Origin: an uncultured Oscillospiraceae bacterium
Lineage (GTDB): Bacteria > Bacillota > Clostridia > Oscillospirales > QAMX01
DNA: 64,000 nucleotides
Direction: 5' to 3'
NCBI GenBank assembly: GCA_964515055.1
Contig: CAZEUG010000007.1
Coordinates: 2,642-66,641 of the forward strand
Positions 17,542-26,248 of the stretch are shown here, in pieces. Position 1 is the stretch's first letter, and each line of letters starts with the position of its first letter. Under the pieces are notes generated by a model that was not told where the DNA came from, ran no database searches, and worked only from the letters and a program-made list of their open reading frames with translations. The position numbers were made by a program, and so were the translations under genes.

Positions 17542-19248
17542 GTGACGAGACATCACAAAACGTACAGGGTATCCGCTTTTCTGCTGATGCTGGTCTGTCT
17601 CTGCGTGCTGGCACCCGCCGTCATGGCGGATCCGGCAGACGAAACGGATTATTCAGCATATATGGTTCGAACCGGCCTGTCATATGGCTCCAGCTCCCTG
17701 ACCACAGCCAACTTCCAGGTGGCATCCGGCACCGGGACGGGCTTTGATGCCGGTTATTTTGGGGATGATCGGCAATTTGTCCCGCTCTATACGATTGCCG
17801 GCGAAACGGAAATCACAGTGATCAGGAGCCGGAACTATAGCCTGGTTTCCGCTTCCTATGTGTCAGAAGGCTCAGATACGACAAATGTCGTGGGTGGATA
17901 TCATATTGAGCTGGGTGTTTCTTTTGACGATCAGTCGGCACTGGATCGTGCCGTATCGGATGTTTATGCGGCAACCAACTACTTTTCCTATCCTGCGTAT
18001 ACTGCCAATGGTTATCGCGTCCGAATCGGCCGGTATCTCTCGGAATCGAGCGCCGCTGAGGATTTGTCTGTGATTGCTGAGCGCCTTGCAGCGCTGTATC
18101 CGGATGCACAGCTGAAAATCGTGGGGATGGGAACGAACGGTTACACGGTTTTGCGAACCGGCACCCGACATATTCTCTATGAGTTTGACGGCGCATCCAG
18201 GCAACTCGGCATTCAGGCTATCGGCGGAGACCATCCGGAGACATGGCATAAGGGCTACAAATACTACGGCGGATTTGATTTTGGCAACACCAGTGCGACG
18301 TCCATGGCCGTGATCAGTGTGGCAACGCTGACAGATTATGTCAAGGGCGTCACGCCGTACGAATTGAATACCAACTGGCCGGAGGAATCCCTGAAGGCTC
18401 ATGCGCTGTGCGCGCAGACGTTTGCCATCACCAATCGAAACCGCCACGCAAGCTATGGCTTTGATGTCTGTACGGGACAGCACTGCCAGGTTTATCGGGG
18501 TACCACTTCCCTGACACAGAAAATCAGTCAATGCGTCGATGCGGTGTCCGGGCAGATTATTACATACAACGGCAAACCGATTGATGCGGTCTACCATTCC
18601 TCTAATGGCGGCTGGACCGAAAATTCCGAGAACGTCTGGGTCGCACAGGTACCCTATCTGAGAAGCGTGCCGGATACTTTTGAAACGCTGTCGTATGAAA
18701 ATAACGGCTTGTGGGAAACCAGCATTACAAGCGCACAACTGACAGCCAAGCTCAACGCCAATGGCTATGCAATCGGCAAGGTTACCAGCGTCTCGATTGC
18801 AAGATTAACGGAGGCCGGAAGCGTATACAGTCTGGCCATTTCGGACGGCACCAAAACGGTGACGCTCAGTAAGGAAAATATGCGGATGGTGCTCGGCACA
18901 TCTGTCCTGTTGAGCCAGAATTTCCGTGTGGTCAACGACGGGAAGATCTACCTGAATCAGGGCGATGCAACGCTTTCTGACCTGTACGGATGCAGTGTGA
19001 TCAACGGCAATGGCCAGATAACCACGCTTTCTTCCTCGGCACCGACTGTTCTGACCGGCAGCGGTACGGAAACGCTGACGCCTGAAAACACGGACTCCTC
19101 GGTGTTCTATTTTTCCGGAAAAGGATGGGGACACAGTCTTGGACTGAGCCAGATCGGCTCCAGAGGAATGTCGTGGCAGGGCTGGACATACGACCAGATT
19201 ATTCACTATTACTACACCGGCGTTCGCATTACCGGCCTGGATGACTGA
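17542..19248 (+). CDS. SpoIID/LytB-domain protein (lytic transglycosylase / amidase-enhancer family) with an N-terminal extension
   Basis: 568 aa with a GTG start behind ACGGAGG and a signal peptide. SpoIID-domain motifs present: YVKGVTPYELN, LKAHALCAQTFA, CTGQHCQVY, YHSSNGGWTENSENVW. Confidence 0.8.
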   Translation: MTRHHKTYRVSAFLLMLVCLCVLAPAVMADPADETDYSAYMVRTGLSYGSSSLTTANFQVASGTGTGFDAGYFGDDRQFVPLYTIAGETEITVIRSRNYSLVSASYVSEGSDTTNVVGGYHIELGVSFDDQSALDRAVSDVYAATNYFSYPAYTANGYRVRIGRYLSESSAAEDLSVIAERLAALYPDAQLKIVGMGTNGYTVLRTGTRHILYEFDGASRQLGIQAIGGDHPETWHKGYKYYGGFDFGNTSATSMAVISVATLTDYVKGVTPYELNTNWPEESLKAHALCAQTFAITNRNRHASYGFDVCTGQHCQVYRGTTSLTQKISQCVDAVSGQIITYNGKPIDAVYHSSNGGWTENSENVWVAQVPYLRSVPDTFETLSYENNGLWETSITSAQLTAKLNANGYAIGKVTSVSIARLTEAGSVYSLAISDGTKTVTLSKENMRMVLGTSVLLSQNFRVVNDGKIYLNQGDATLSDLYGCSVINGNGQITTLSSSAPTVLTGSGTETLTPENTDSSVFYFSGKGWGHSLGLSQIGSRGMSWQGWTYDQIIHYYYTGVRITGLDD

Positions 19249-19344
19249 CCCGGCGGAATCGAACCTGTAAAATATCGGACAGATGCATTCCATCCCGGCT
19301 ATTGCTATGGTATGCATCCCGAAAAAGAAATGAGATTCATTGGA

Positions 19345-20364
19345 ATGAAAACAACCGATTTTTTTTATGATCTTCCGCAGGAACTGATTGCGCAGACGCC
19401 TTGCGCCAATCGGGACGGTTCCAGAATGCTGCACCTCCCCCTCAACGGAGATTCAATTCAACATACCATGTTCCGAAACCTCCCGGAATTTCTGAATCCG
19501 GGAGATTGTCTGGTCATGAATGATTCGCGTGTCATGCCGGCCAGACTGCTCGGCACGCGCCCCGGTGGCGGTGCAGCGGAATTGCTCCTGTTAAAACCTC
19601 TGGGCGGAGATGACTGGGAGGTTCTGGCACGTCCGGGACGAAAGCTGATGCCCGGCGCGATCGTTTCCTTTGGTGAGGCCATGTCGGCAGAAATCTGCTC
19701 CGTCGGGGAAAATGGTTTGCGCCATGTCCGGTTCCGTTATTCCGGCGACTGGAATCTTTTGCTGGAGGAATTGGGACGAACGCCGTTGCCGCCGTATATC
19801 AAGCAGGAGTTGTCTGACCGCGAGCGATATCAGACGGTCTACTCAAAACACATGGGCTCAGCGGCCGCACCGACAGCGGGACTTCATTTCACGGAAGCCA
19901 TGCTGGATACGCTGCGAGCAAAAGGGGTTCACACGGAATTTGTGACGCTGCACGTGGGTCTGGGCACATTCCGGCCGGTTCAGGAAGAAACGATTGAAGC
20001 GCACAAAATGCATACGGAAACATTCTCCATTTCTGCCGAAACGGCGCAGCGCATCAATGATGCCAAGGCGGCCGGAGGTCGTATAATTGCGATTGGTACC
20101 ACTTCCTGTCGCGTGCTGGAGTCTGTTGCGGATGAACAGGGACGGCTCCGCGAAATGCATGGCGAGACTGATATTTTCATTTATCCGGGATACCGTTTCA
20201 AAATTCTCGATGGACTGTTTACCAACTTCCATTTACCGGAAAGCACGCTGCTAATGCTGGTGTCGGCACTGGCCGGCCGTGAACGGATTTTGAGTGCCTA
20301 TCAGGAAGCGGTGCGCGAACGGTATCGGTTTTTCAGCTTTGGCGACGCGATGCTGATTCTGTAG
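19345..20364 (+). CDS. queA: S-adenosylmethionine:tRNA ribosyltransferase-isomerase
   Basis: ORF 19312..20364; start taken at MKTTDFFYDLPQELIAQTP. Contains PLPPYI and GTTSCRVLES. Confidence 0.9.
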   Translation: MKTTDFFYDLPQELIAQTPCANRDGSRMLHLPLNGDSIQHTMFRNLPEFLNPGDCLVMNDSRVMPARLLGTRPGGGAAELLLLKPLGGDDWEVLARPGRKLMPGAIVSFGEAMSAEICSVGENGLRHVRFRYSGDWNLLLEELGRTPLPPYIKQELSDRERYQTVYSKHMGSAAAPTAGLHFTEAMLDTLRAKGVHTEFVTLHVGLGTFRPVQEETIEAHKMHTETFSISAETAQRINDAKAAGGRIIAIGTTSCRVLESVADEQGRLREMHGETDIFIYPGYRFKILDGLFTNFHLPESTLLMLVSALAGRERILSAYQEAVRERYRFFSFGDAMLIL

Positions 20365-20431
20365 CACAGCTGTATCCCTGGTTTGGAACCAGTCGGATGA
20401 AAGCAGAAGCGATCAGAAGGCAGATGTGATG

Positions 20432-20469
20432 AAAGAAAGACGGCAACCATACGGTTGCCGTCTTTCTTT
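20432..20469. terminator. strong bidirectional intrinsic terminator (queA side)
   Basis: 17-bp perfect stem aaagaaagacggcaacc / ggttgccgtctttcttt with loop atac and T/A-rich flanks. Confidence 0.8.
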
Positions 20470-20655
20470 GTGTCGTTCAGCGGAAATCTGGAAACCAGCC
20501 TCACAAAATGCAGACTTTGAAATGGCTCATTCTGATCAGCTTTCCAATGGGATTGTCTGCAGCGCTGATGCTCCCTGTCTGCCTGAAACATTGAGGTTTG
20601 GACGCACCTGAGCTTTTGTCAAAAAAGAGTTGCCTGCAGGAATAAAAAGGAACGC

Positions 20656-20697
20656 AAAAATCGTCGCCAGTCGGGATATACACCCGGCTGGCGACGA
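20656..20697 (-). terminator. intrinsic terminator after nifJ
   Basis: 15-bp stem tcgtcgccagtcggg / cccggctggcgacga (one G-U pair), followed on the reverse strand by TTTTTG. Confidence 0.8.
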
Positions 20698-20732
20698 CGA
20701 AATAATTGGCGTTCAAAAAACGGAAGAAAGAA

Positions 20733-23700
20733 TTATTCCTCGTAGAATTCGACTTTCTTCTTCAGCAGATCGTACTTCTTCTTCGCGTTATTCGCTGCTT
20801 TTTCGAACAGCTCGGTAGCGCGCTCCGGCGACTGCTGCATCAGGCGGCTGTAGCGGGCTTCACCCTTGATGAAGTCGATATAATCCGCGGTCGGCTCTTT
20901 GGAGTCGAGGGAGAACGGATTCTTCCCTTCCTTCTTGAGCGACGGGTTGAAGCGGAAGAGCTGCCAGTAGCCAGCTTCGACCGCACGTTTCATTTCGGAC
21001 TGGCAATTGGTCATGCCGCCCTTGATGCTGTGCATTTCGCACGGTGCATAGCCGATGATGATGGACGGACCCGGATAGGCCTCTGCTTCCGCAATGGCTT
21101 TGATGGTCTGGTTCATATCGGCGCCCATAGCGATCTGAGCGACGTAGACGTAACCATAGCTCATGGCAATTGCCGCAAGATCCTTCTTGCCGATGGCCTT
21201 ACCGGCTGCAGCGAACTGTGCGACCTGGCCAATCTGCGAAGCCTTGGAGGCCTGACCGCCGGTGTTGGAGTAAACCTCGGTATCGAAGACCATGATGTTG
21301 ACATCTTCACCGGATGCAATGACATGATCCAGACCGCCGAAGCCGATATCGTATGCCCAACCGTCGCCGCCGAAAATCCAGATCGATTTCTTGGCGAGGT
21401 AATCCTTTTCGGCCAGAATCTCTCGTGCAAGCGTGCAGGCATCGCACTTGCAGATTTTGCCGTTGGCCAGCCACTCAGCTTCATACGGGGTGCCGGAAAG
21501 ATCGATGGCGTCTTCCAGAGCGGCGATGTATGCTTCTGTGGCAGCTGTGTTGGCCTTGCCGTCGTTGTACGTATCGAGCCATGCCTGTGCGGCGGCTTTC
21601 AAATCTGCTGCTGCATATTCAACAGCGAGCAGAGCTTCGGTCTTGCCCTTGAGCTTTTCGCGAAGCGTCTTCTGGCCGAGGTACATACCGAGACCGTGCT
21701 CTGCGTTGTCTTCGAACAGAGAGTTCGCCCATGCAGGACCCTTCTTGCTGTCGCGGTTCACCGTGTACGGTGTGGCCGGTGCGGAGCCGCCCCAGATCGA
21801 GGAACAACCGGTGGCGTTGGAAATATACATCCGTTCACCGAAGAGCTGTGTGATCAGACGGGCATAGGAGGTTTCTGCACAACCTGCGCAGGAGCCGGAG
21901 AACTCAAGCAGCGGCTGATTGAACTGGCTACCCTTGATGGTCTGCTCTGCGAACGGGAGATCCTTCTTGGAAACCTTGGCAACCGCGTAATCGAACGAGG
22001 CCTGTTCTGCGGCCTGGCTCTCCTGCGGAACCATTTTCAGAGCCTTTGTCTTGGCCGGGCAGACATTGACGCAGAGGCCGCAGCCCATGCAGTCCAGCGG
22101 GCTGATTGCAATGGCGAACTGATAGTTCTCACAGCCCTTGCCGGTCATTTTCTTCATCTTCATGCCTTCCGGTGCAGCGGCAACTTCGTCAGCGTTCAGA
22201 GCGTAAGGACGCAGCGTTGCGTGCGGGCAGACATAGGAGCACTGGTTGCATTGAATGCAGTTTTCCGGCAGCCATTCCGGGACATCCACGGCTACGCCGC
22301 GTTTTTCGTAGGCAGCAGCGCCCTGCGGGAAGGTGCCGTCCACATAGTCTTCGAAGGCAGAAACCGGCAGAGAATCGCCGTCCATTTTGGAAACCGGAAT
22401 CACGATATCCTTGACAAACTTGACCAGTTCCGGACGATCACCCTTGACATTGATCGGAGCGGTATTGTCCTCGGCGGTTTTCCAGGATTCCGGAACGTCA
22501 ATCTTCACGATGGCGTCACGGCCTGCATCGATGGCCTTGTAGTTCATTTCAACAATGGCTTCGCCCTTCTTCAGGTAGGACTTCTTTGCCATATATTTCA
22601 TGTATTCGATGGCCTCATCGATCGGCATGATATCAGCGAGTGCGAAGAATGCAGACTGGAGCGTCGTATTCGTGCGCTTGCCCATACCGATTTCGCGGGC
22701 TTTGTCAATGGCGTTGATGGTGTAGAATTTGATATCATTCTGCGCGATATAACGCTTGACGTTTGCCGGCAGATGCTTTTCAAGCTCTTCCATATTCCAC
22801 TGGCAGTTCAGCAGGAACGTGCCGCCCGGTTTGATTTCGTCAACAATGCGATAGCCCTTCAGCATATAGGAAGGAACGTGGCACGCGACGAAGTCGGCCT
22901 TGGTGATGTAATACGGAGATTTGATCGGCTGATCACCGAAGCGCAGATGCGAGATCGTGATACCGCCGGTTTTCTTGGAGTCATACTGGAAGTAAGCCTG
23001 GATGAATTTATCGGTATGGTCACCAATGATTTTGATCGAGTTCTTGTTGGCACCAACCGTACCGTCGCCGCCGAGACCCCAGAATTTGCAGCTGATGGTT
23101 CCCTTGGGTGCGGTATCCGGTGCGGGTTTTTCTTCCAGAGACAGGCCGGTGACATCGTCAACGATACCAAGCGTGAAGCGGTTCTTAGGTTCTGCTGCTT
23201 TCAGGTTTTCGTAGACAGCAAAGACGCTGGACGGCGGCGTATCCTTGGAGCCCAGACCGTAACGGCCGCCCACGACTTTGATATCATTGATACCATGTGT
23301 GGCCAGTGCGGTCACGACGTCGAGATAGAGCGGTTCGCCCAGAGAACCCGGTTCCTTGGTGCGATCCAGAACCGCGATTTTCTTTGCGGTGGACGGGATG
23401 GCTGCGATCAGCTTTTCGGCGCTGAACGGACGGTACAGGCGAACCTTGATCAGGCCGACCTTTTCACCGGCGGCGCACATATAGTCAATGACTTCTTCTG
23501 CGACATCGCAGATCGAGCCCATTGCGATGATGACGCGGTCTGCATCCGGGGCACCGTAGTAGTTGAAGAGCTGGTAGTCAGTGCCAAGCTTGGCGTTGAC
23601 CTGTGCCATGTAATCTTCCACGATGGCCGGCAGAGCATCATAATACTTGTTGCAGGCTTCTCTGTGCTGGAAGAAGATATCGCCGTTTTCGGCGGAGCCG

Positions 23701-24347
23701 CGAAGCACCGGATGTTCCGGATTCAGAGCATGAGAACGGAACTGCGCAACAGCGTCCTTGTCGATCATATCCTGGAGGTCGTTGTAATCCCAGACTTCGA
23801 TTTTCTGAATTTCGTGCGATGTGCGGAAACCATCAAAGAAGTTGATAAACGGAACGCGACCTTTGATTGCAGAAAGATGCGCAACAGCGCCAAGGTCCAT
23901 AATTTCCTGCGGATTGGACTCAGCAAGCATTGCATAACCTGTCTGGCGGCACGCATAGACGTCAGAGTGATCACCAAAAATGTTCAACGCATGAGACGCA
24001 ACACAACGTGCGGAAACGTGGATGACATTCGGAAGCAGTTCCCCGGCGATTTTGTACATATTCGGGATCATCAGCAGAAGCCCCTGAGAGGCTGTATAAG
24101 TGGTAGTCAGGGCACCGGCTGCCAGGCTGCCGTGTACGGCACCAGCAGCACCTGCTTCAGACTGCATCTCGATGACCTTGACTTTTTCACCGAAAATGTT
24201 CTTCAGCCCACCGGCAGACCAAGTGTCGGTCATTTCGGCCATGGGGCTGGACGGCGTAATCGGATAGATCGCAGCAACCTCTGTAAACGCATAACTGACG
24301 TGCGCAGCAGCGGTATTGCCATCCATCGATAACTTTTTTCTGGCCAT
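20733..24347 (-). CDS. nifJ: pyruvate:ferredoxin (flavodoxin) oxidoreductase, single-polypeptide PFOR
   Basis: 1204 aa. N-terminus MDGNTAAAHVSYAFTEVAAIYPITPSS, two 4Fe-4S motifs (CIQCNQCSYVCPH, CMGCGLCVNVCP) and the TPP motif GGDGWAYDIGFGGLDHV. Confidence 0.95.
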   Translation of the reverse strand: MARKKLSMDGNTAAAHVSYAFTEVAAIYPITPSSPMAEMTDTWSAGGLKNIFGEKVKVIEMQSEAGAAGAVHGSLAAGALTTTYTASQGLLLMIPNMYKIAGELLPNVIHVSARCVASHALNIFGDHSDVYACRQTGYAMLAESNPQEIMDLGAVAHLSAIKGRVPFINFFDGFRTSHEIQKIEVWDYNDLQDMIDKDAVAQFRSHALNPEHPVLRGSAENGDIFFQHREACNKYYDALPAIVEDYMAQVNAKLGTDYQLFNYYGAPDADRVIIAMGSICDVAEEVIDYMCAAGEKVGLIKVRLYRPFSAEKLIAAIPSTAKKIAVLDRTKEPGSLGEPLYLDVVTALATHGINDIKVVGGRYGLGSKDTPPSSVFAVYENLKAAEPKNRFTLGIVDDVTGLSLEEKPAPDTAPKGTISCKFWGLGGDGTVGANKNSIKIIGDHTDKFIQAYFQYDSKKTGGITISHLRFGDQPIKSPYYITKADFVACHVPSYMLKGYRIVDEIKPGGTFLLNCQWNMEELEKHLPANVKRYIAQNDIKFYTINAIDKAREIGMGKRTNTTLQSAFFALADIMPIDEAIEYMKYMAKKSYLKKGEAIVEMNYKAIDAGRDAIVKIDVPESWKTAEDNTAPINVKGDRPELVKFVKDIVIPVSKMDGDSLPVSAFEDYVDGTFPQGAAAYEKRGVAVDVPEWLPENCIQCNQCSYVCPHATLRPYALNADEVAAAPEGMKMKKMTGKGCENYQFAIAISPLDCMGCGLCVNVCPAKTKALKMVPQESQAAEQASFDYAVAKVSKKDLPFAEQTIKGSQFNQPLLEFSGSCAGCAETSYARLITQLFGERMYISNATGCSSIWGGSAPATPYTVNRDSKKGPAWANSLFEDNAEHGLGMYLGQKTLREKLKGKTEALLAVEYAAADLKAAAQAWLDTYNDGKANTAATEAYIAALEDAIDLSGTPYEAEWLANGKICKCDACTLAREILAEKDYLAKKSIWIFGGDGWAYDIGFGGLDHVIASGEDVNIMVFDTEVYSNTGGQASKASQIGQVAQFAAAGKAIGKKDLAAIAMSYGYVYVAQIAMGADMNQTIKAIAEAEAYPGPSIIIGYAPCEMHSIKGGMTNCQSEMKRAVEAGYWQLFRFNPSLKKEGKNPFSLDSKEPTADYIDFIKGEARYSRLMQQSPERATELFEKAANNAKKKYDLLKKKVEFYEE

Positions 24348-24464
24348 TGTGTGTATTCCTCCTGTTTGTAAGATACCATACAGATTACCGGAAAAACCCG
24401 GAAGCGCAACAGTACGCCGGGGTCAGTCTGTTTACGAACCCGGTATGCTGATACGCTTTCCTAT

Positions 24465-24493
24465 ATTATACATTTTTTTCGGCCGTTTGTAAA
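24465..24493 (-). promoter_or_regulatory. putative sigma-A-type promoter for nifJ
   Basis: The reverse strand reads TTTACA (24493-24488), a 17-nt spacer and TATAAT (24470-24465). This implies a ~110-nt 5' UTR. Confidence 0.55.
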
Positions 24494-24534
24494 CGGGGTA
24501 CATGAAATAAATCATGGATTTTCAGGGAAAAATG

Positions 24535-24543
24535 TGGTATAAT
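24535..24543 (+). promoter_or_regulatory. putative extended -10 promoter for apgM
   Basis: TGGTATAAT (TATAAT = 24538-24543). The -35 (TGGATT) is poor. Confidence 0.45.
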
Positions 24544-24641
24544 GATCTGGCAGGCGTGTGCGAATGCATTCCCTGCCGTTGTTGGCACCGTTGCCAAAAC
24601 GTGGTAGCGCCGCAATTTGTGGTAGGAAGGAATTTTGTAAC

Positions 24642-25862
24642 ATGACGAGGTATGTAATTATCCTGTGCGACGGCATGGCAGATCGCCCGGTCGATATCCT
24701 GAATGGCCGGACGCCGCTGGAAGCAGCGGATACACCCAATATGGATCGAATTGCAGCACGGGGGCAAGTGGGTCGTATTCGCACCTTGTATGAAGAACTG
24801 CCAAAGGGCAGTGATGTAGCAAACCTGTCGATTCTGGGCTATGACCCGCATCGATATTATACGGGGCGTTCCCCGATCGAAGCACTGGGGCTCGGCATTC
24901 CGCTGAATGCGGATGATACGGTGTTTCGCATGAACCTGGTGACATTGTCGGAAGATGAGCCGTTTTCTCAGAAAACCATGCTGGATCACAGTTCCGATAA
25001 AATCACAACAGAAGAAGCGACCGAACTGGTGGAAGCGCTGGCCGATCAGCTGGGTACAGAAGTGGAACGGTTTTATACCGGGGTCAGCTACCGGCACATT
25101 TTCGTTCTGAGCCACACGGCTTTTGACGGTACCCTGACGCCGCCGCACGATATTCTCGGCCAGACCATTGCATCCTATCTGCCCGCCGGTGGTCGGAGTG
25201 AGGCTCTCATCCATATGATGGAACGGAGCTATGAAATTCTGTCTGCACATCCGGTGAACCGTTCGCGTGTGGCACGGGGACTTCGGCCTGCGAATTGTCT
25301 GTGGCTGTGGGGAGACGGAAAAAAACCGGCCTATGAATCCTTTCAAGCAAAAACAGGCATCGAACGCGCCAGAATGATCACGGCGGTTCCGTTGCTGGAG
25401 GGGTTGGCTGTCGGGATGGGCTTGGAGCATCCGAAAATTCCGGGCGCAACCGGTGAATACGATACCAACTATGCCGGAAAGGCCGCCTCTGCAATTGAAG
25501 CGCTCCAAAACGGCTATTCGTTTGTCTTTATCCATATTGAAGCGCCGGACGAATGCGGGCACGATGGCGATGCTCTGCTGAAGCAAAAATCCATTGAACA
25601 GATTGACCGCCACATTGTCGGCCCGGTGTATGATGCTTTGGAGTCTCTTGGCGAACCCTATCGCCTTCTGATTACACCGGATCATGCAACGCCTGTGTCT
25701 GTCCGGACGCACACCTCGGAAATGATTCCGTTTTTGCTCTGTGACAGCCGAAAGCATACAAAGGGTGCCTGCTTTACGGAAAAGAGCGCGCAGACAGCGG
25801 AGCTGGTGATTGAGGATGGGTATACCCTGCTGGGACGGCTGATGCAGGAATCGGCTGAATAA
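24642..25862 (+). CDS. apgM: cofactor-independent phosphoglycerate mutase, ApgM (archaeal/metalloenzyme) type
   Basis: ORF 24558..25862; start taken at MTRYVIILCDGMADRPV. Contains FIHIEAPDECGHDGD and LITPDHATP, alkaline-phosphatase-superfamily metal ligands. Confidence 0.85.
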   Translation: MTRYVIILCDGMADRPVDILNGRTPLEAADTPNMDRIAARGQVGRIRTLYEELPKGSDVANLSILGYDPHRYYTGRSPIEALGLGIPLNADDTVFRMNLVTLSEDEPFSQKTMLDHSSDKITTEEATELVEALADQLGTEVERFYTGVSYRHIFVLSHTAFDGTLTPPHDILGQTIASYLPAGGRSEALIHMMERSYEILSAHPVNRSRVARGLRPANCLWLWGDGKKPAYESFQAKTGIERARMITAVPLLEGLAVGMGLEHPKIPGATGEYDTNYAGKAASAIEALQNGYSFVFIHIEAPDECGHDGDALLKQKSIEQIDRHIVGPVYDALESLGEPYRLLITPDHATPVSVRTHTSEMIPFLLCDSRKHTKGACFTEKSAQTAELVIEDGYTLLGRLMQESAE

Positions 25863-25875
25863 ATTCACTTTTTTT

Positions 25876-25909
25876 CAGAACAGGCATGATTTGCGTCATG
25901 CCTGTTCTG
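25876..25909 (+). terminator. 14-bp hairpin after apgM (atypical terminator; the T tract is 5' of the stem)
   Basis: cagaacaggcatga / tcatgcctgttctg with loop tttgcg. TTTTTTT precedes the stem rather than following it. Confidence 0.35.
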
Positions 25910-25987
25910 TCGTATGAAAAGAAAGCCATGTGGCGGACGTTGACTCTGTTTGGTGCAAAAAAACGATACTTTGATGCACGGAGACTC

Positions 25988-26016
25988 TTTACAGGCATGA
26001 AGGCTTGTGTTATAAT
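25988..26016 (+). promoter_or_regulatory. near-consensus sigma-A-type promoter for the aryl-acid cluster
   Basis: TTTACA (25988-25993), 17-nt spacer, TATAAT (26011-26016) preceded by TGT. Confidence 0.6.
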
Positions 26017-26022
26017 ATATGT

Positions 26023-26248
26023 GTAGGATTTTCAGTATGGCAGCATGGATTTGAGCGGATGTGACTCGTCTCGAATCCGAAAGCAGCAACAACTCTCAGA
26101 ACGGAAGGATGGTTTGAATGATGCACATTTCTGATCATTTCGGTTTGCGGTTGATCCAATGACGAGGCAGATGATTTCGGCCTCTTTCGAGGATATTCCC
26201 GCACCGTTTTTTTATAAACGGTTATTACAAACCGAAGGATGATACGAT
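26023..26248 (+). promoter_or_regulatory. long structured 5' leader of the symporter-PaaK-IOR operon (class unknown)
   Basis: ~226 nt between the predicted promoter and the ATG at 26249. It holds a hairpin at 26047-26078 and a 14-codon uORF at 26118-26162 behind GAAGGATGG. Direct repeats GATCATTTCGG (26133-26143) and GATGATTTCGG (26170-26180) are complementary to the SD region CCGAAGGATGAT (26232-26243). Confidence 0.35.

Noticed and set aside
20470-20655. A ~185-bp stretch between two strong terminators (queA/nifJ convergent region); a candidate small RNA or small protein gene.
   Set aside because: No acceptable promoter on either strand. The only ORFs (20426-20611, 20501-20716) run through the terminator hairpins. 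Most simply it is a tandem-terminator spacer.
20706-24332. 1208-aa ORF on the plus strand fully overlapping nifJ; a candidate giant overlapping/antisense gene.
   Set aside because: It is in exact codon register with nifJ on the other strand, so it is open simply because nifJ lacks TTA/CTA/TCA codons. Its translation is low-complexity (Arg/Gly/Ala/Val/Cys-rich) with no motifs, RBS or independent promoter. It is a mirror-frame artefact.
26023-26248. T-box or TRAP-type attenuator upstream of the aromatic-acid cluster.
   Set aside because: There is no T-box sequence (GGTGGNACCGCG-like), no specifier-loop/AG-bay pattern, and no regular series of GAG/UAG triplets.
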